The notes: generated from the sequence alone by a model not told the origin. Positions 10,299-19,723 are shown, counted from the first letter of the stretch. The stretch is 64,000 bases of DNA from a virus (IMGVR_UViG_3300031949_000005:103641-167640), one strand, 5' to 3'. Numbers and translations: made by a program.

Positions 10299-12221
10299 AT
10301 GGGCAGATATTTATTAGAAAATAGTTTTATAGATGGTTATCGCCTAGAAGATGATGGTGGGGTTCTGCTTCTTGAATCATTTTCTATTAATGATTCTATA
10401 ACTTTATTTACATTTAGTTCGGCGATAGAAACCGATAATATAGAATTATTTATTAATGGGAAGGATTCACAAAATAATGATTGTGATCTTTTCATTGATG
10501 GTAAAGATTCATTAAACGAAAATTTCAATTTAATAATAATCGGTAATGATAATTTTAATAATAATGCTGATTTATTAATAAAAGGTCTGGATAATCAAAC
10601 AGATAATATTGATTTATTTGTACATGGAAAAAATTCAGAAAATAATAATATTAATTTATTTATAAATGGCCAGATATTTTTCACCAATAATATAAATCTA
10701 TTTATTTCTGGAATTGTGGGCACAACGACAATTACGGATAATATAGATTTATTTATCAATGGTCATAATAGTTTTAATAATAATATAGATTTATTTATAG
10801 GTGGTAAAGATAATAAAAATGATAATATATCATTATTCATCAATGGTTCTGATGCTGCAAATGACAATATTACACTTTATATAAATGGGCGTGAAACAGA
10901 TAATGAGAGTATAGTTTTATTTATAAATGGGTTTGATACTGAATCGGATTCAATAACACTTGTAATATTATCGTCGAACGAAGCAACTGATAATATTGAA
11001 TTATTTATATATGGAAACGAAGAATTTAATACTTCGTTAGATCTTTTTATACATGGACTAAATTCAGACAATAATCAAATCAATTTATTTATAAATGGAC
11101 ATGTTTCCAATACACAAAATATAGATTTATTTATAAATGGACACGAGGAACAGAATAACAATATAACTCTATTTATTGCTGATGTAAATATATTATCTGA
11201 TTCTATTGATTTGTTTATAAGCGGACCAATAATTTTTAATAATAATTGTATTTTATTTATCCATGGATTTAATGAAAATAATAATGATTGCAATTTAATA
11301 ATTAATGGACATGAATCAAATAATGATAATATTAATTTATTCATTGCTGGTCTGGATTCGCAGAATAATAACATAAATCTTTTTATATCTGGTTCTGTTA
11401 TAACAAATACCCAGTCCGAACAAATAGATTTAATTATATTTGGTAAAAATACGAATAATCAATCCGTCGATTTAATTATTCTTGGCTCTGATACAAATTC
11501 TAATAATATAGATTTATTTATAGAGGGGTCCAATTTTATTGATAATAATCTATCACTTTTTATCTCTGGGCCGATTTCTGTAAATAATAATATTGATTTA
11601 TTTGTGTCTGGTATTACGAGTATAATACCCTCAACTTCTGGAAATATTTTATTAATAATCAATGGTATACAACCAATCGCCCCGGTGGTCTGCCCCGTAT
11701 TAGATCCAAATTCTGCTATTCAAATAGGCGATGATCTTATAAATATATACCAATCTAGAATAGATGCATTAATAGATCAGCTTGGTAAACATGTTTTGAT
11801 AAATTTTGATCCTATTAAAGAAATATGCCCGAATTGTCTTTTTGATACTTTTGGCGGAAGATCTATAGGTACATATAAAATTGGGGGACCGACGCCATTC
11901 CCAAGAGGTCAAAAGTGCCCATATTGTAAGGGACACGGATTCTTAATAACAGAAAGACAAAAGTGTATAAAAACATTGATAAAATGGAATCCAAAAGATG
12001 CTGCTAATTACGGAATATCTGTTAGGAAACATAGAGATATCGTGAGATTCAAAACATTTGCAACAGAGTTTGATGATTTAGTAAGAGCAAGATCGGCAAT
12101 ATCTAACTCGGCTATTTCCGATATTATAAAATTAAAGGTAAGGTTAATTAGGAGTCCGATATTGGTTGGCTTGAGAGAATCTCGATATTGCATAAGTTTT
12201 TGGGAATTGATTGATGATTAA
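10299..12221 (+). CDS. Virion protein with ~30 x 14-aa repeats and a C-terminal CxxC...CxxC domain, paralog B
   Basis: Same architecture as 7589; CPNC...CPYCKG domain ending YCISFWELIDD. Confidence 0.65.
   Translation: MGRYLLENSFIDGYRLEDDGGVLLLESFSINDSITLFTFSSAIETDNIELFINGKDSQNNDCDLFIDGKDSLNENFNLIIIGNDNFNNNADLLIKGLDNQTDNIDLFVHGKNSENNNINLFINGQIFFTNNINLFISGIVGTTTITDNIDLFINGHNSFNNNIDLFIGGKDNKNDNISLFINGSDAANDNITLYINGRETDNESIVLFINGFDTESDSITLVILSSNEATDNIELFIYGNEEFNTSLDLFIHGLNSDNNQINLFINGHVSNTQNIDLFINGHEEQNNNITLFIADVNILSDSIDLFISGPIIFNNNCILFIHGFNENNNDCNLIINGHESNNDNINLFIAGLDSQNNNINLFISGSVITNTQSEQIDLIIFGKNTNNQSVDLIILGSDTNSNNIDLFIEGSNFIDNNLSLFISGPISVNNNIDLFVSGITSIIPSTSGNILLIINGIQPIAPVVCPVLDPNSAIQIGDDLINIYQSRIDALIDQLGKHVLINFDPIKEICPNCLFDTFGGRSIGTYKIGGPTPFPRGQKCPYCKGHGFLITERQKCIKTLIKWNPKDAANYGISVRKHRDIVRFKTFATEFDDLVRARSAISNSAISDIIKLKVRLIRSPILVGLRESRYCISFWELIDD
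10386..11670 (+). repeat. Degenerate 42-nt (14-codon) tandem coding repeat, ~30 units
   Basis: Units such as QTDNIDLFVHGKNS and ENNNINLFINGQIF; similar arrays at ~7679-8297, 3916-4035, 4717-4920, 29421-29800 and 31006-31703. Confidence 0.85.
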
Positions 12222-12236
12222 TAGAAGATATATAAT

Positions 12237-12929
12237 ATGGCTAAAATAACATTAATACCAACTCCGCAATTTAATCAACAACTAAGTATTGGTGTAAGAT
12301 CCGATATCAAGAATAGAATTATTGGTCGTGCTTTATTAAAAGGTAATACAATAGTATCTTCTGTTGGAAACATGTTGGCTGATTTATTAGACAATAATGA
12401 TGTTATTAAATCATTAAGAGGCAACGGAAGTGTTGATTTGGCGGCACATTTTGGTTTAACAGATAGTCAATCAAATGGATTAGCAGATGGAATGATATCG
12501 TTGGTTAGAAAATCTGTTAAATTTATTTTCAATAATCAATCAGATATTATTATAGGTATTAGGGCTGTTCCTAGTGATTTTACTGAATTTTTATCATTAC
12601 CAGGAGCAGAATATGTTTCTAAATCTTCTAATATTGTTATTCCTGTATTAAGATGGTTATTGATAGATCCAGATATTGATATTGGTGCTGCTGCATTCGA
12701 TATTGTTTTTTCTGGAGATTTTTCTGGTAAATTTGATACAACTATTAATAAGGTTTCACGAAGCGGAAGAGCCGTTATGATAGAATTACAAAAATTGGGA
12801 AAAAATACTGGTTATATTTTACCGGATATTATTAGGGGGAATTTTGGTGAAAATTTCATTGAATTCGCCCTGGGTCAAGAACAAGTTAGATTAAATGCTG
12901 CTAATATATTAATGGAGAATATACGATAA
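12237..12929 (+). CDS. Putative neck/tail-completion protein
   Basis: Position in the neck module; coupled to the next gene (TAATG). Confidence 0.4.
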   Translation: MAKITLIPTPQFNQQLSIGVRSDIKNRIIGRALLKGNTIVSSVGNMLADLLDNNDVIKSLRGNGSVDLAAHFGLTDSQSNGLADGMISLVRKSVKFIFNNQSDIIIGIRAVPSDFTEFLSLPGAEYVSKSSNIVIPVLRWLLIDPDIDIGAAAFDIVFSGDFSGKFDTTINKVSRSGRAVMIELQKLGKNTGYILPDIIRGNFGENFIEFALGQEQVRLNAANILMENIR

Positions 12930-13867
12930 TGAGTTTTGATTTTAGGGGTATAGCGAGTGGTGGATTTGGAGGCTATGAACTCACAGATCAATTATTATAT
13001 AATTTGAAATTTTTCTTGGAATGGGGATTATTGAATAATGGTGCATATACTAGCTATCAATTTAATTCTTCTAGTTTTTATGATTTAGACGAAGCTAAAT
13101 TGCATTCGGTAATAGATGAAAGATATCCTGATGGTCAAGTATGGGAAGGTATAGGTCCAGAATGGGTTTGGGAAACTGGTGTAACACCACCATCTGGGGG
13201 TACTGCCCCATTTAGGGTATCCGGCGTATATATTAATAATATTTTTTATGGTCAATCTTCTTCTATTTCTGGTATATTTGGTCATCATATAGATTATCCA
13301 AATGCCAGAATAATATTTGATAATCCACAGAGCATTACCGATGATATAAGGGCTGAATTTACCACCAAAATGGTTAAAGTAGGACTAGCTGATTCTTTAG
13401 AATTTAGACAATTATTATTAGATGCTGTAGAAGAATTTCTAACCGATACCGTTCCATCTGGTACACCAGTCAGAGATCATCAGGCATGGCTACCAGCTAT
13501 TTTTATTGATGTCGATTCTGGTAGACAAACCGGGTTACAATTAGGTGGAGGACAGATAAAAACAAGAATTATTAGTTTCCATATATTCGCAGATAATGCT
13601 TATCAAAGAAATTTATTAATGGACTGGTTAGATTATCAAAGTAGGACTGTATTTTGGATGGCGGATTTAAATGCTATACCATTTCCGTTCGATCAATATG
13701 GGGATATAATCACTGGAACTACTAATTGGTTGGATTTAACAAATAATTTTCCATGGAAAAAATTAAGGGTTTTAGATGGTAAGATACAAAAAATTAATTC
13801 TTTAAATACACGTATTTTTAGAGCTAAGGTAATTTGGCAATTAGAAGTGGACTTTGGAAATATATAG
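12929..13867 (+). CDS. Putative tail terminator-like protein
   Basis: LPAIFID...GLQLGGG...ISFHIFA...RNLLMDWL pattern, just upstream of the tail tube. Confidence 0.5.
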   Translation: MSFDFRGIASGGFGGYELTDQLLYNLKFFLEWGLLNNGAYTSYQFNSSSFYDLDEAKLHSVIDERYPDGQVWEGIGPEWVWETGVTPPSGGTAPFRVSGVYINNIFYGQSSSISGIFGHHIDYPNARIIFDNPQSITDDIRAEFTTKMVKVGLADSLEFRQLLLDAVEEFLTDTVPSGTPVRDHQAWLPAIFIDVDSGRQTGLQLGGGQIKTRIISFHIFADNAYQRNLLMDWLDYQSRTVFWMADLNAIPFPFDQYGDIITGTTNWLDLTNNFPWKKLRVLDGKIQKINSLNTRIFRAKVIWQLEVDFGNI

Positions 13868-13887
13868 CTTGAGTTGCATAAAATTTG

Positions 13888-13896
13888 GTGTATAAT
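13888..13896 (+). promoter_or_regulatory. GTGTATAAT promoter motif, probable leaderless start
   Basis: TATAAT ends 5 nt before ATG 13902; no SD. Confidence 0.6.
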
Positions 13897-13901
13897 ATAA
13901 T

Positions 13902-14747
13902 ATGAATAAATTAAGATCAGATACATGGCAACCCAATGAAGAAATAGCCTCTTCTATTATAGAAAAATATAATAATGGAAAATCAGCATTAGCCCTATGT
14001 CATCAATATGGTGTGGCCGATGTGACTATTACCAAATTTTTAAAAAGAAACAATATTAAAATACGAAATGCTAGTAATGCCCGAAGAACGAATCAAATTA
14101 ATGAAAATATTTTTGATGATATTAATGAAGAAAGTGCCTACTGGATAGGTTTTATTCTATCTGATGGGAATATTTATTATCCCCAAAAGAGATCAAAACA
14201 ATTAAATTTCGGCTTAAAAAAATCTGATTGGGAACATCTGGAAAAATTCAAGAAATTTATTGGATCTAATAAACAATTATATTATAATAATAATGCTGTA
14301 TTTTTAAGTATTTATTCAAATAAAATAGTGGATAAATTAGAAGAATTTAATATAACTCCTAGAAAAAGTAAAACAGCAAAAATTCCAGTATGTTTGAAAA
14401 ATAATAGGCATTTTTGGAGAGGTATGGTCGATGGGGATGGATGGGTATCATGGGGAAATAATAGTAATCCTACAATAGGAATATGTGGAACATTCGATAT
14501 AATAAATAATTTTCGAAAATTTGTAAATAAAGATAATAAAATAATTAAAGAAACAGAATCTGGTTGTTACTCTATTGTTTTTGCGTGTGCTACTTCTGTG
14601 CCAATATGTAAAAGACTATATGATCATTCGACCATATATTTAGATAGGAAATTATCTATGGCGAAACTAATTTGTAACCATTATAATTTGTGTATAAATG
14701 ATAGTATGATAGCGATAAAAGAAAAGGGTGATATAAATGGCAAGTAA
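13902..14747 (+). CDS. Free-standing LAGLIDADG homing endonuclease
   Basis: AYWIGFILSDG and HFWRGMVDGDG motifs, N-terminal HTH, YLDRK near the C-terminus. Confidence 0.85.
   Translation: MNKLRSDTWQPNEEIASSIIEKYNNGKSALALCHQYGVADVTITKFLKRNNIKIRNASNARRTNQINENIFDDINEESAYWIGFILSDGNIYYPQKRSKQLNFGLKKSDWEHLEKFKKFIGSNKQLYYNNNAVFLSIYSNKIVDKLEEFNITPRKSKTAKIPVCLKNNRHFWRGMVDGDGWVSWGNNSNPTIGICGTFDIINNFRKFVNKDNKIIKETESGCYSIVFACATSVPICKRLYDHSTIYLDRKLSMAKLICNHYNLCINDSMIAIKEKGDINGK
14690..14699 (+). promoter_or_regulatory. GTGTATAAAT promoter motif for the tail tube gene
   Basis: Inside the 3' end of the endonuclease ORF, about 40 nt before ATG 14737. Confidence 0.5.
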
Positions 14748-15786
14748 TTCCCGCATATTCTACGCTGGGCAGGCAGTTGGATTTGCGCCACATGGTATTT
14801 CGGCATCTGGTGGAGATCCTTCTGGCTTTTTTACAGTCCATGGTGTCCAAAGCGTTGGTTTAACAACTACATTTAATCTTGAACAAGTATTCGAATTAGG
14901 TCAATTAGAATTATATGAAAATATTGAGGGTATTCCAGATATCGAGGTAACGGTACAGAAAGTTCTCGACGGCTACCCCCTACTTTATCATCTTGCCACA
15001 CAGGATGCTGTTTCTTCAACTCTTGTCGGTAGATCTAATAGTAGATCTTTCATAGCACTAAACATTTATCCTGATACAAATGAGGCTGCATCTGGTATAC
15101 CAGTACAAACAGTTGGTATGTCTGGTATGTTCGTATCTTCACTTACATATACATTGAATGTTGATGGTAATTCTACCGAAGATGTTACATTAGTAGGTAA
15201 TAATAAAGAATGGACAGCATCTGGTGTATATTTCGTCCCAGTTGGCTTAGATGGAACAGATGAACCTTTATCATTAGCATCTTCTGGTGGAGTTCAACGC
15301 AGAGAAGATGTCATTATGGGAACTGGTTTAACTGGCACAGTAAGTCTATGGCCAACAGAAATTCCAGGTATAGACGCTAGTGGATTTAATGTACAATCTG
15401 GTGATAGTTTCTTAGCACATATTCAAACCGCTACAATAAGTACAGATCTTGGTAGAGAAGATTTATTTGAACTTGGTCGTAGGGGACCATATCATAGATT
15501 TGCTTCATTCCCCGTAGAAGTCACATGTGCTATTGAAGTAACATCTAGCGAGGGCGATCTTATTGATGCATTAGCCGATCCTCCTGGCGGAACTAATCTC
15601 GCGGATCAAACAATAGACGTAATAATGAGAGAAGGATCGAGATTCAATCTTGGGACGAAGAATAAATTGTCAAGTGTTACTTATGGTGGTGGGGATGCTA
15701 CTGGCGGAAATGTTTCGACAGTTTTCAACTATTCGAATTTCAACAGTTTAAACATTACACACCCAGAGGATCCTGCTGGACTTTAA
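14737..15786 (+). CDS. Major tail tube protein (probable)
   Basis: Duplicated motif GVQSVG...LEQVFELGQ / IQTATIS...REDLFELGR; acidic and beta-rich; strong terminator downstream. Confidence 0.7.
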   Translation: MASNSRIFYAGQAVGFAPHGISASGGDPSGFFTVHGVQSVGLTTTFNLEQVFELGQLELYENIEGIPDIEVTVQKVLDGYPLLYHLATQDAVSSTLVGRSNSRSFIALNIYPDTNEAASGIPVQTVGMSGMFVSSLTYTLNVDGNSTEDVTLVGNNKEWTASGVYFVPVGLDGTDEPLSLASSGGVQRREDVIMGTGLTGTVSLWPTEIPGIDASGFNVQSGDSFLAHIQTATISTDLGREDLFELGRRGPYHRFASFPVEVTCAIEVTSSEGDLIDALADPPGGTNLADQTIDVIMREGSRFNLGTKNKLSSVTYGGGDATGGNVSTVFNYSNFNSLNITHPEDPAGL

Positions 15787-15808
15787 ATAGTACAACAATA
15801 GTATAAAG

Positions 15809-15841
15809 AATAGGGGCCGGTTATCCGGCCTCTATTTTTTT
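15809..15841 (+). terminator. Rho-independent terminator
   Basis: AATAGGGGCCGG-ttat-CCGGCCTCTATT followed by a T run. Confidence 0.85.
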
Positions 15842-15905
15842 AAAAATAATCATCTTTTTCCTAATCAAATTAAAAAAGAAAATACTTCATGTGATATGAT
15901 ATAAT

Positions 15906-16133
15906 ATGAGCATAAGAATAAGGACTGTTGACGGAATTAAAGTAGCTCTTTGCGGCTACGAAACTGATCCTAAAGAAGGAGATATTTATTTAGATGATGG
16001 TCAACATTATGCTTTAGCTGCGAAGTTTGCTAGAGATTGGCAAGGATCAACAATCAATTGGTCTTATCCAAAGGAATGGGAAGCTATGGATATACAAAAA
16101 TTAAGAGATGCGGGTAAGCGTAATGATATTTAA
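15906..16133 (+). CDS. Hypothetical protein
   Basis: ORF preceded by extended -10-like TGaTATGAT ending 5 nt before the ATG. Confidence 0.55.
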   Translation: MSIRIRTVDGIKVALCGYETDPKEGDIYLDDGQHYALAAKFARDWQGSTINWSYPKEWEAMDIQKLRDAGKRNDI

Positions 16134-16461
16134 AAAATTTATACATTGGATCAAAGAAAAACATCGTTTTAAACAATTCGAAAATGAGCATGGTTTTCAT
16201 CCATATGAAATCTGGAATCTTAATACCGCTATAGCTAAGTATATTTTACCAAGATTAAAAGCATTTAAGAAAACATATAGTGGATATCCGCTTGGATTAA
16301 CAGAAGAAAAATGGGATGATATGATTGATGATATGATTTTTGCTTTTGAATATGAGGTAAATCAATGGGATTTAGAAGAACCTTTTAATAAAAAAGAATT
16401 AAAACGAATAGAAAAAGGATTTAAATATTTCGGTAAATATTTTTTGAGTTTATGGTATTAA
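16123..16461 (+). CDS. Conserved-looking phage hypothetical protein
   Basis: WNL...A.YILPRLKAFK...GYP...WD..IDDMIFAF...G..YF..LW pattern; start chosen at the second Met. Confidence 0.6.
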   Translation: MIFKKFIHWIKEKHRFKQFENEHGFHPYEIWNLNTAIAKYILPRLKAFKKTYSGYPLGLTEEKWDDMIDDMIFAFEYEVNQWDLEEPFNKKELKRIEKGFKYFGKYFLSLWY

Positions 16462-16466
16462 GAAAC

Positions 16467-16806
16467 GGGGGCGAAAGGTATCGACCGGGTAATATGAAAA
16501 AAGTATTGCGTACCGAGGTTGCTAGTTGGCCTCGTAAAACAACTGGCAAAAGCCTAAACGGCAATCGTAGTTTTGCTTTAGCTGCTTAGGCAGCACATCA
16601 ATCAGATGATGTCTATTAGTTTGATTGGTGAAAATAATAGGCTGATCCGATAATAATATCCTAATATTATTGGATAAGAGAAAATAGGATTGCTGTTTAA
16701 TAAGCCTGTTGATTGGCGTGTTAAATTTAAGATAAATAATCAACTATGTACGTAGAAATATTTTTGGATATACTTCGGGACGGGAGTTCGATTCTCCCCG
16801 CCTCCA
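16467..16806 (+). ncRNA. ssrA: tmRNA
   Basis: 5' GGGGGCG pairs with 3' CGCCTCC(A) with a G3:U wobble; T-arm GGGAG-TTCGATT-CTCCC; PK1 (GAGG/CCTC and GCTAGTTG/CAACTGGC); tag ORF 16560-16589 GNRSFALAA*. Confidence 0.93.
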
Positions 16807-16847
16807 TTTTAAATAATTTAAATAAAAATAAATGTTAATGATATATT

Positions 16848-17309
16848 ATGACAAAGGAGATAGATATGAATTATCATTTTTATGATGGAATAATTAATCC
16901 CCCTGAAGAAAAATATTGTGAAATATGTTGTAAAAATATTTGTAATGATGGTTTTATATACTGTTCATCTTGTTTAAATAGCCATATTAATCCCGAATAT
17001 TTGAATTTTAAAATAAGACACAGGATTTTTGATTTTATTGAGGATATATGTACATGTTGTGGAGAACAAAATAGAAGATTTCTGAATATCGTTGCAAAAG
17101 AAGGAAGATATGTGAATTGTCCATTTATAATATCTCTTTATGGGGATCAATGTATACAATTTATTAATTGGTTTATTAATAATAGAAATATTAAAGACGA
17201 TTTTTCTTGTTTATGTTTTAATTGTATAAATGGAAAATTCTATAACGAAGGTATTTGTCCACACAAAACTTTCCCAAAACCAAATCCTATAAAATATATG
17301 AAAGGATAA
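16848..17309 (+). CDS. Cys-rich Zn-binding protein, degenerate HNH-like
   Basis: CTCCGE...FLNI...CLCFNC..GK...GICPH pattern, lacking the usual DH catalytic pair. Confidence 0.45.
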   Translation: MTKEIDMNYHFYDGIINPPEEKYCEICCKNICNDGFIYCSSCLNSHINPEYLNFKIRHRIFDFIEDICTCCGEQNRRFLNIVAKEGRYVNCPFIISLYGDQCIQFINWFINNRNIKDDFSCLCFNCINGKFYNEGICPHKTFPKPNPIKYMKG

Positions 17310-17310
17310 T

Positions 17311-17562
17311 ATGATAAAAAGATTATTTTCTTTATTCATTGTTTTATTTTTAATTACACCATGTTATGGTGAATCTCTTAGGGGTCCATCTAAACATAAG
17401 ATTGACACTACTGTAGTTTATATTAAAAAAATAAATGATCAACAAGTTATAATAGATGTTGTTGAGGTTAAGAGAAATAAAATTGCTGATGCTAATCCTA
17501 ATAATAGGAATAATAATGTAAAAAGAAATCATAGTAAAAGAATTATATATGTTCGCCGATAA
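17311..17562 (+). CDS. Small secreted protein
   Basis: N-terminal signal peptide MIKRLFSLFIVLFLITPCYG. Confidence 0.55.
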   Translation: MIKRLFSLFIVLFLITPCYGESLRGPSKHKIDTTVVYIKKINDQQVIIDVVEVKRNKIADANPNNRNNNVKRNHSKRIIYVRR

Positions 17563-17770
17563 AACTGAGGAATTTGAATTTATATTTTCTAATAACGATG
17601 GATTTGAATTAAAAATTAATAATATTTATCCACCGAATATTGAAGTTATGTTTATTTATCCTTTTGACAATATGTCGCCTTCTGGGGAATATATTGATTT
17701 AGAAAATGAAAATTTGGATTCAAAATATCGAAGAAAACTTGATGATAATTTAAGAAATATATTCGGATAA
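17549..17770 (+). CDS. Hypothetical protein
   Basis: Acidic ORF in a tightly packed co-directional run. Confidence 0.5.
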   Translation: MFADKTEEFEFIFSNNDGFELKINNIYPPNIEVMFIYPFDNMSPSGEYIDLENENLDSKYRRKLDDNLRNIFG

Positions 17771-17774
17771 TCTT

Positions 17775-18302
17775 ATGAAAATAGATGTTCTTATAAGCGG
17801 CGAAGAACTTGATTACATAATAACGTCAATAGCTCTTTCTATATGTGATAAATATCCGCAAGATACTCATATTATAACTATGCCAATAATGGACGGATCT
17901 ATGTTTTTTGCACCAAATCTACTGATGAAACTAAGTAATTTTGGTTTTACATTTCAAATTTCTCCTATTAAAATTAGTAGTTATTTCGGCATGACCAAAT
18001 CTAATGATATGAAGATTGATTGTGTTCTTGATCCGTCGTTGATTAAAAATTCTATCGTTATGATTATAGACGATATAGCCGATAGTGGGGTTACATTAAA
18101 TACTATTAAAAATTTAATAAATTCTTTTGATCCTCAAGAAGTGATAGTGGTAACGTTATTGAGAAAATATGGTTGTAAATTTCCGGTAGATTTCTATGGT
18201 CGTAATATAGATGATGATTTGTTTGTGGTAGGATATGGTCTTGATTATAATGGTTTATATCGTGAATTACCGTTTGTTGGAATTATTAAAGGAGAAGAGT
18301 AA
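17775..18302 (+). CDS. hpt: Hypoxanthine phosphoribosyltransferase-like protein
   Basis: PRPP motif VMIIDDIADSGVTL, ISSY loop, FVVGYGLDYNGLYRELP. Confidence 0.9.
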   Translation: MKIDVLISGEELDYIITSIALSICDKYPQDTHIITMPIMDGSMFFAPNLLMKLSNFGFTFQISPIKISSYFGMTKSNDMKIDCVLDPSLIKNSIVMIIDDIADSGVTLNTIKNLINSFDPQEVIVVTLLRKYGCKFPVDFYGRNIDDDLFVVGYGLDYNGLYRELPFVGIIKGEE

Positions 18303-18829
18303 TGAAGAAAAGTCTTTTGGTTTTATGTTCTTGTTTGTGTTGCTGTGTTCCAAAACATATTTCTGGAATGATCATTGATGATCGTGGGAATGGTTTATCT
18401 AATATCGAAGTAGTAGCTAAGTCTGATGATAAACAAGTTTCTAAGACCACAGATAATAATGGTAAATATATCGTATCCGTTCCCCCTGGTTTTACCGGAA
18501 TAGTTCAACCTATTATAGCTGCTATTTTAGCGCAAGTTAATCCATCTTTTAGGAGTTATACTAATCTACAATCAGATCAAACTAATCAAAATTTTATAGC
18601 TAGTCAATTATCAGTAATCGTTTCTGGAAAAATATGTATCGGAGATGGTTCTCCAGTTGGTGGCGTAACCGTTATCGCAGATGGCAATGCGGATGGTTCT
18701 GCTTTTACAACACAAACTATTACAGATACTAATGGTAATTATTCATTAGTAGTTCCATGGGGATTTACTGGAACGACCACACCAAACAAGCCAGGATATT
18801 CATTCCAGGCTGGAAATGCTTGTCCATAA
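18302..18829 (+). CDS. Exported/lipoprotein with two carboxypeptidase-regulatory-like (Cna-B-like) repeats
   Basis: Cys-rich leader LLVLCSCLCCC; repeats ISG...G..L.N/GV.V...TD.NG.Y...VP.GFTG. Confidence 0.65.
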   Translation: MKKSLLVLCSCLCCCVPKHISGMIIDDRGNGLSNIEVVAKSDDKQVSKTTDNNGKYIVSVPPGFTGIVQPIIAAILAQVNPSFRSYTNLQSDQTNQNFIASQLSVIVSGKICIGDGSPVGGVTVIADGNADGSAFTTQTITDTNGNYSLVVPWGFTGTTTPNKPGYSFQAGNACP

Positions 18830-19396
18830 ATGATTATCTTACTTTTTTCTATAATATTTTCAATATCACAAAGTTGTATCAATGATTCTGATTGTATAGA
18901 TTCTAGGTTTTGTAATGGATTAGAGACATGCCAGGGAGGGCTTTGTGTTGGTGGTTTATATAAATGTCCAGGATTGGGATGTAACGAAAGTTTAAAAGTT
19001 TGTGCCAAGGCGCAAAGAAATAATAATTTATCATTTTGGCATTTCACAATAGATCCAATATATGAATTTCAATTATTTATTGATACCGATAATAATTTAT
19101 CTAATAACTATGAAGGCTATGAAATTATTTTTCGTGGCGTATTTAATGATTTTGGATACATAAGAAAAGCTTATCCAGGAAATATTAATAATCCTGGGGG
19201 GTGGGGATCTATTGTTACTATGGGATTGTCTATGAGAACCGGAAATGATATGAGATTTTTCATACCAATTAATTATGGTAATTATAGATGGAAATTGGAA
19301 ACATATAATAATGGTACAATTCAAACAACCACAACTGGAACAGGATTATCTTTTAACTCATTATTGACTACAAGATTTGATTTTTTTGGAAATTAA
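18830..19396 (+). CDS. Secreted protein with a Cys-rich repeat
   Basis: Signal peptide, then CINDSDCIDSRFCNGLETCQGGLC...CNE...C; FQLFIDTDNN motif. Confidence 0.6.
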   Translation: MIILLFSIIFSISQSCINDSDCIDSRFCNGLETCQGGLCVGGLYKCPGLGCNESLKVCAKAQRNNNLSFWHFTIDPIYEFQLFIDTDNNLSNNYEGYEIIFRGVFNDFGYIRKAYPGNINNPGGWGSIVTMGLSMRTGNDMRFFIPINYGNYRWKLETYNNGTIQTTTTGTGLSFNSLLTTRFDFFGN

Positions 19397-19399
19397 TTT

Positions 19400-19720
19400 A
19401 TGGCAAAATTTTATTGTCAATCTGGTCAATTTAAAGAAATTCTGACAGCAAATGATATAGAAGATGTCATTCTTAAAGCTGTTAAAAAAATTGTTAAAAA
19501 TAATATTCCATATAATTTTGTTATGAGTATTAGCGAAACTGGTTTTTCTTTAAGTGGATCATTATTAGTTTCAATAGTTCCGATATTAAGAGATATGAAT
19601 ATTGAGCTACCATCTGACGACGTGATTATTATGCAAACTTGTATAACATTAAATTTTAATCCAGAAACTTTAACAAAACAAGGTAGGGACTGGATTTTGA
19701 ATGGTGGAGATTTGGAATAA
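19400..19720 (+). CDS. Hypothetical protein
   Basis: MAKFYCQSG...ISETGF ORF in an operon-like run. Confidence 0.55.
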   Translation: MAKFYCQSGQFKEILTANDIEDVILKAVKKIVKNNIPYNFVMSISETGFSLSGSLLVSIVPILRDMNIELPSDDVIIMQTCITLNFNPETLTKQGRDWILNGGDLE

Positions 19721-19723
19721 TAT

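Noticed and set aside
10386-11670. CRISPR array or DGR template/variable repeats
   Set aside because: The repeats are degenerate, in-frame 42-nt coding units without constant repeat/unique spacer structure; no cas or reverse transcriptase gene is visible.
11964-11973. GTGTATAAAA inside ORF 10299
   Set aside because: It falls on K-C-I-K codons about 270 nt from the next start, so it may be coincidental; not counted as a promoter.
13902-14747. Group I intron carrying the LAGLIDADG gene (also considered for the HNH genes)
   Set aside because: Flanking genes look complete and there is no non-coding space for a ribozyme core.
12237-15786. Contractile tail sheath gene
   Set aside because: No ORF of sheath-like size or motif near the tube gene in this window.
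16522-16743. 73-aa minus-strand ORF
   Set aside because: It is antisense to the tmRNA.
16775-16806. Stand-alone tRNA gene (GTTCGATT T-loop)
   Set aside because: It is the 3' tRNA-like arm of the tmRNA; there is no anticodon arm.
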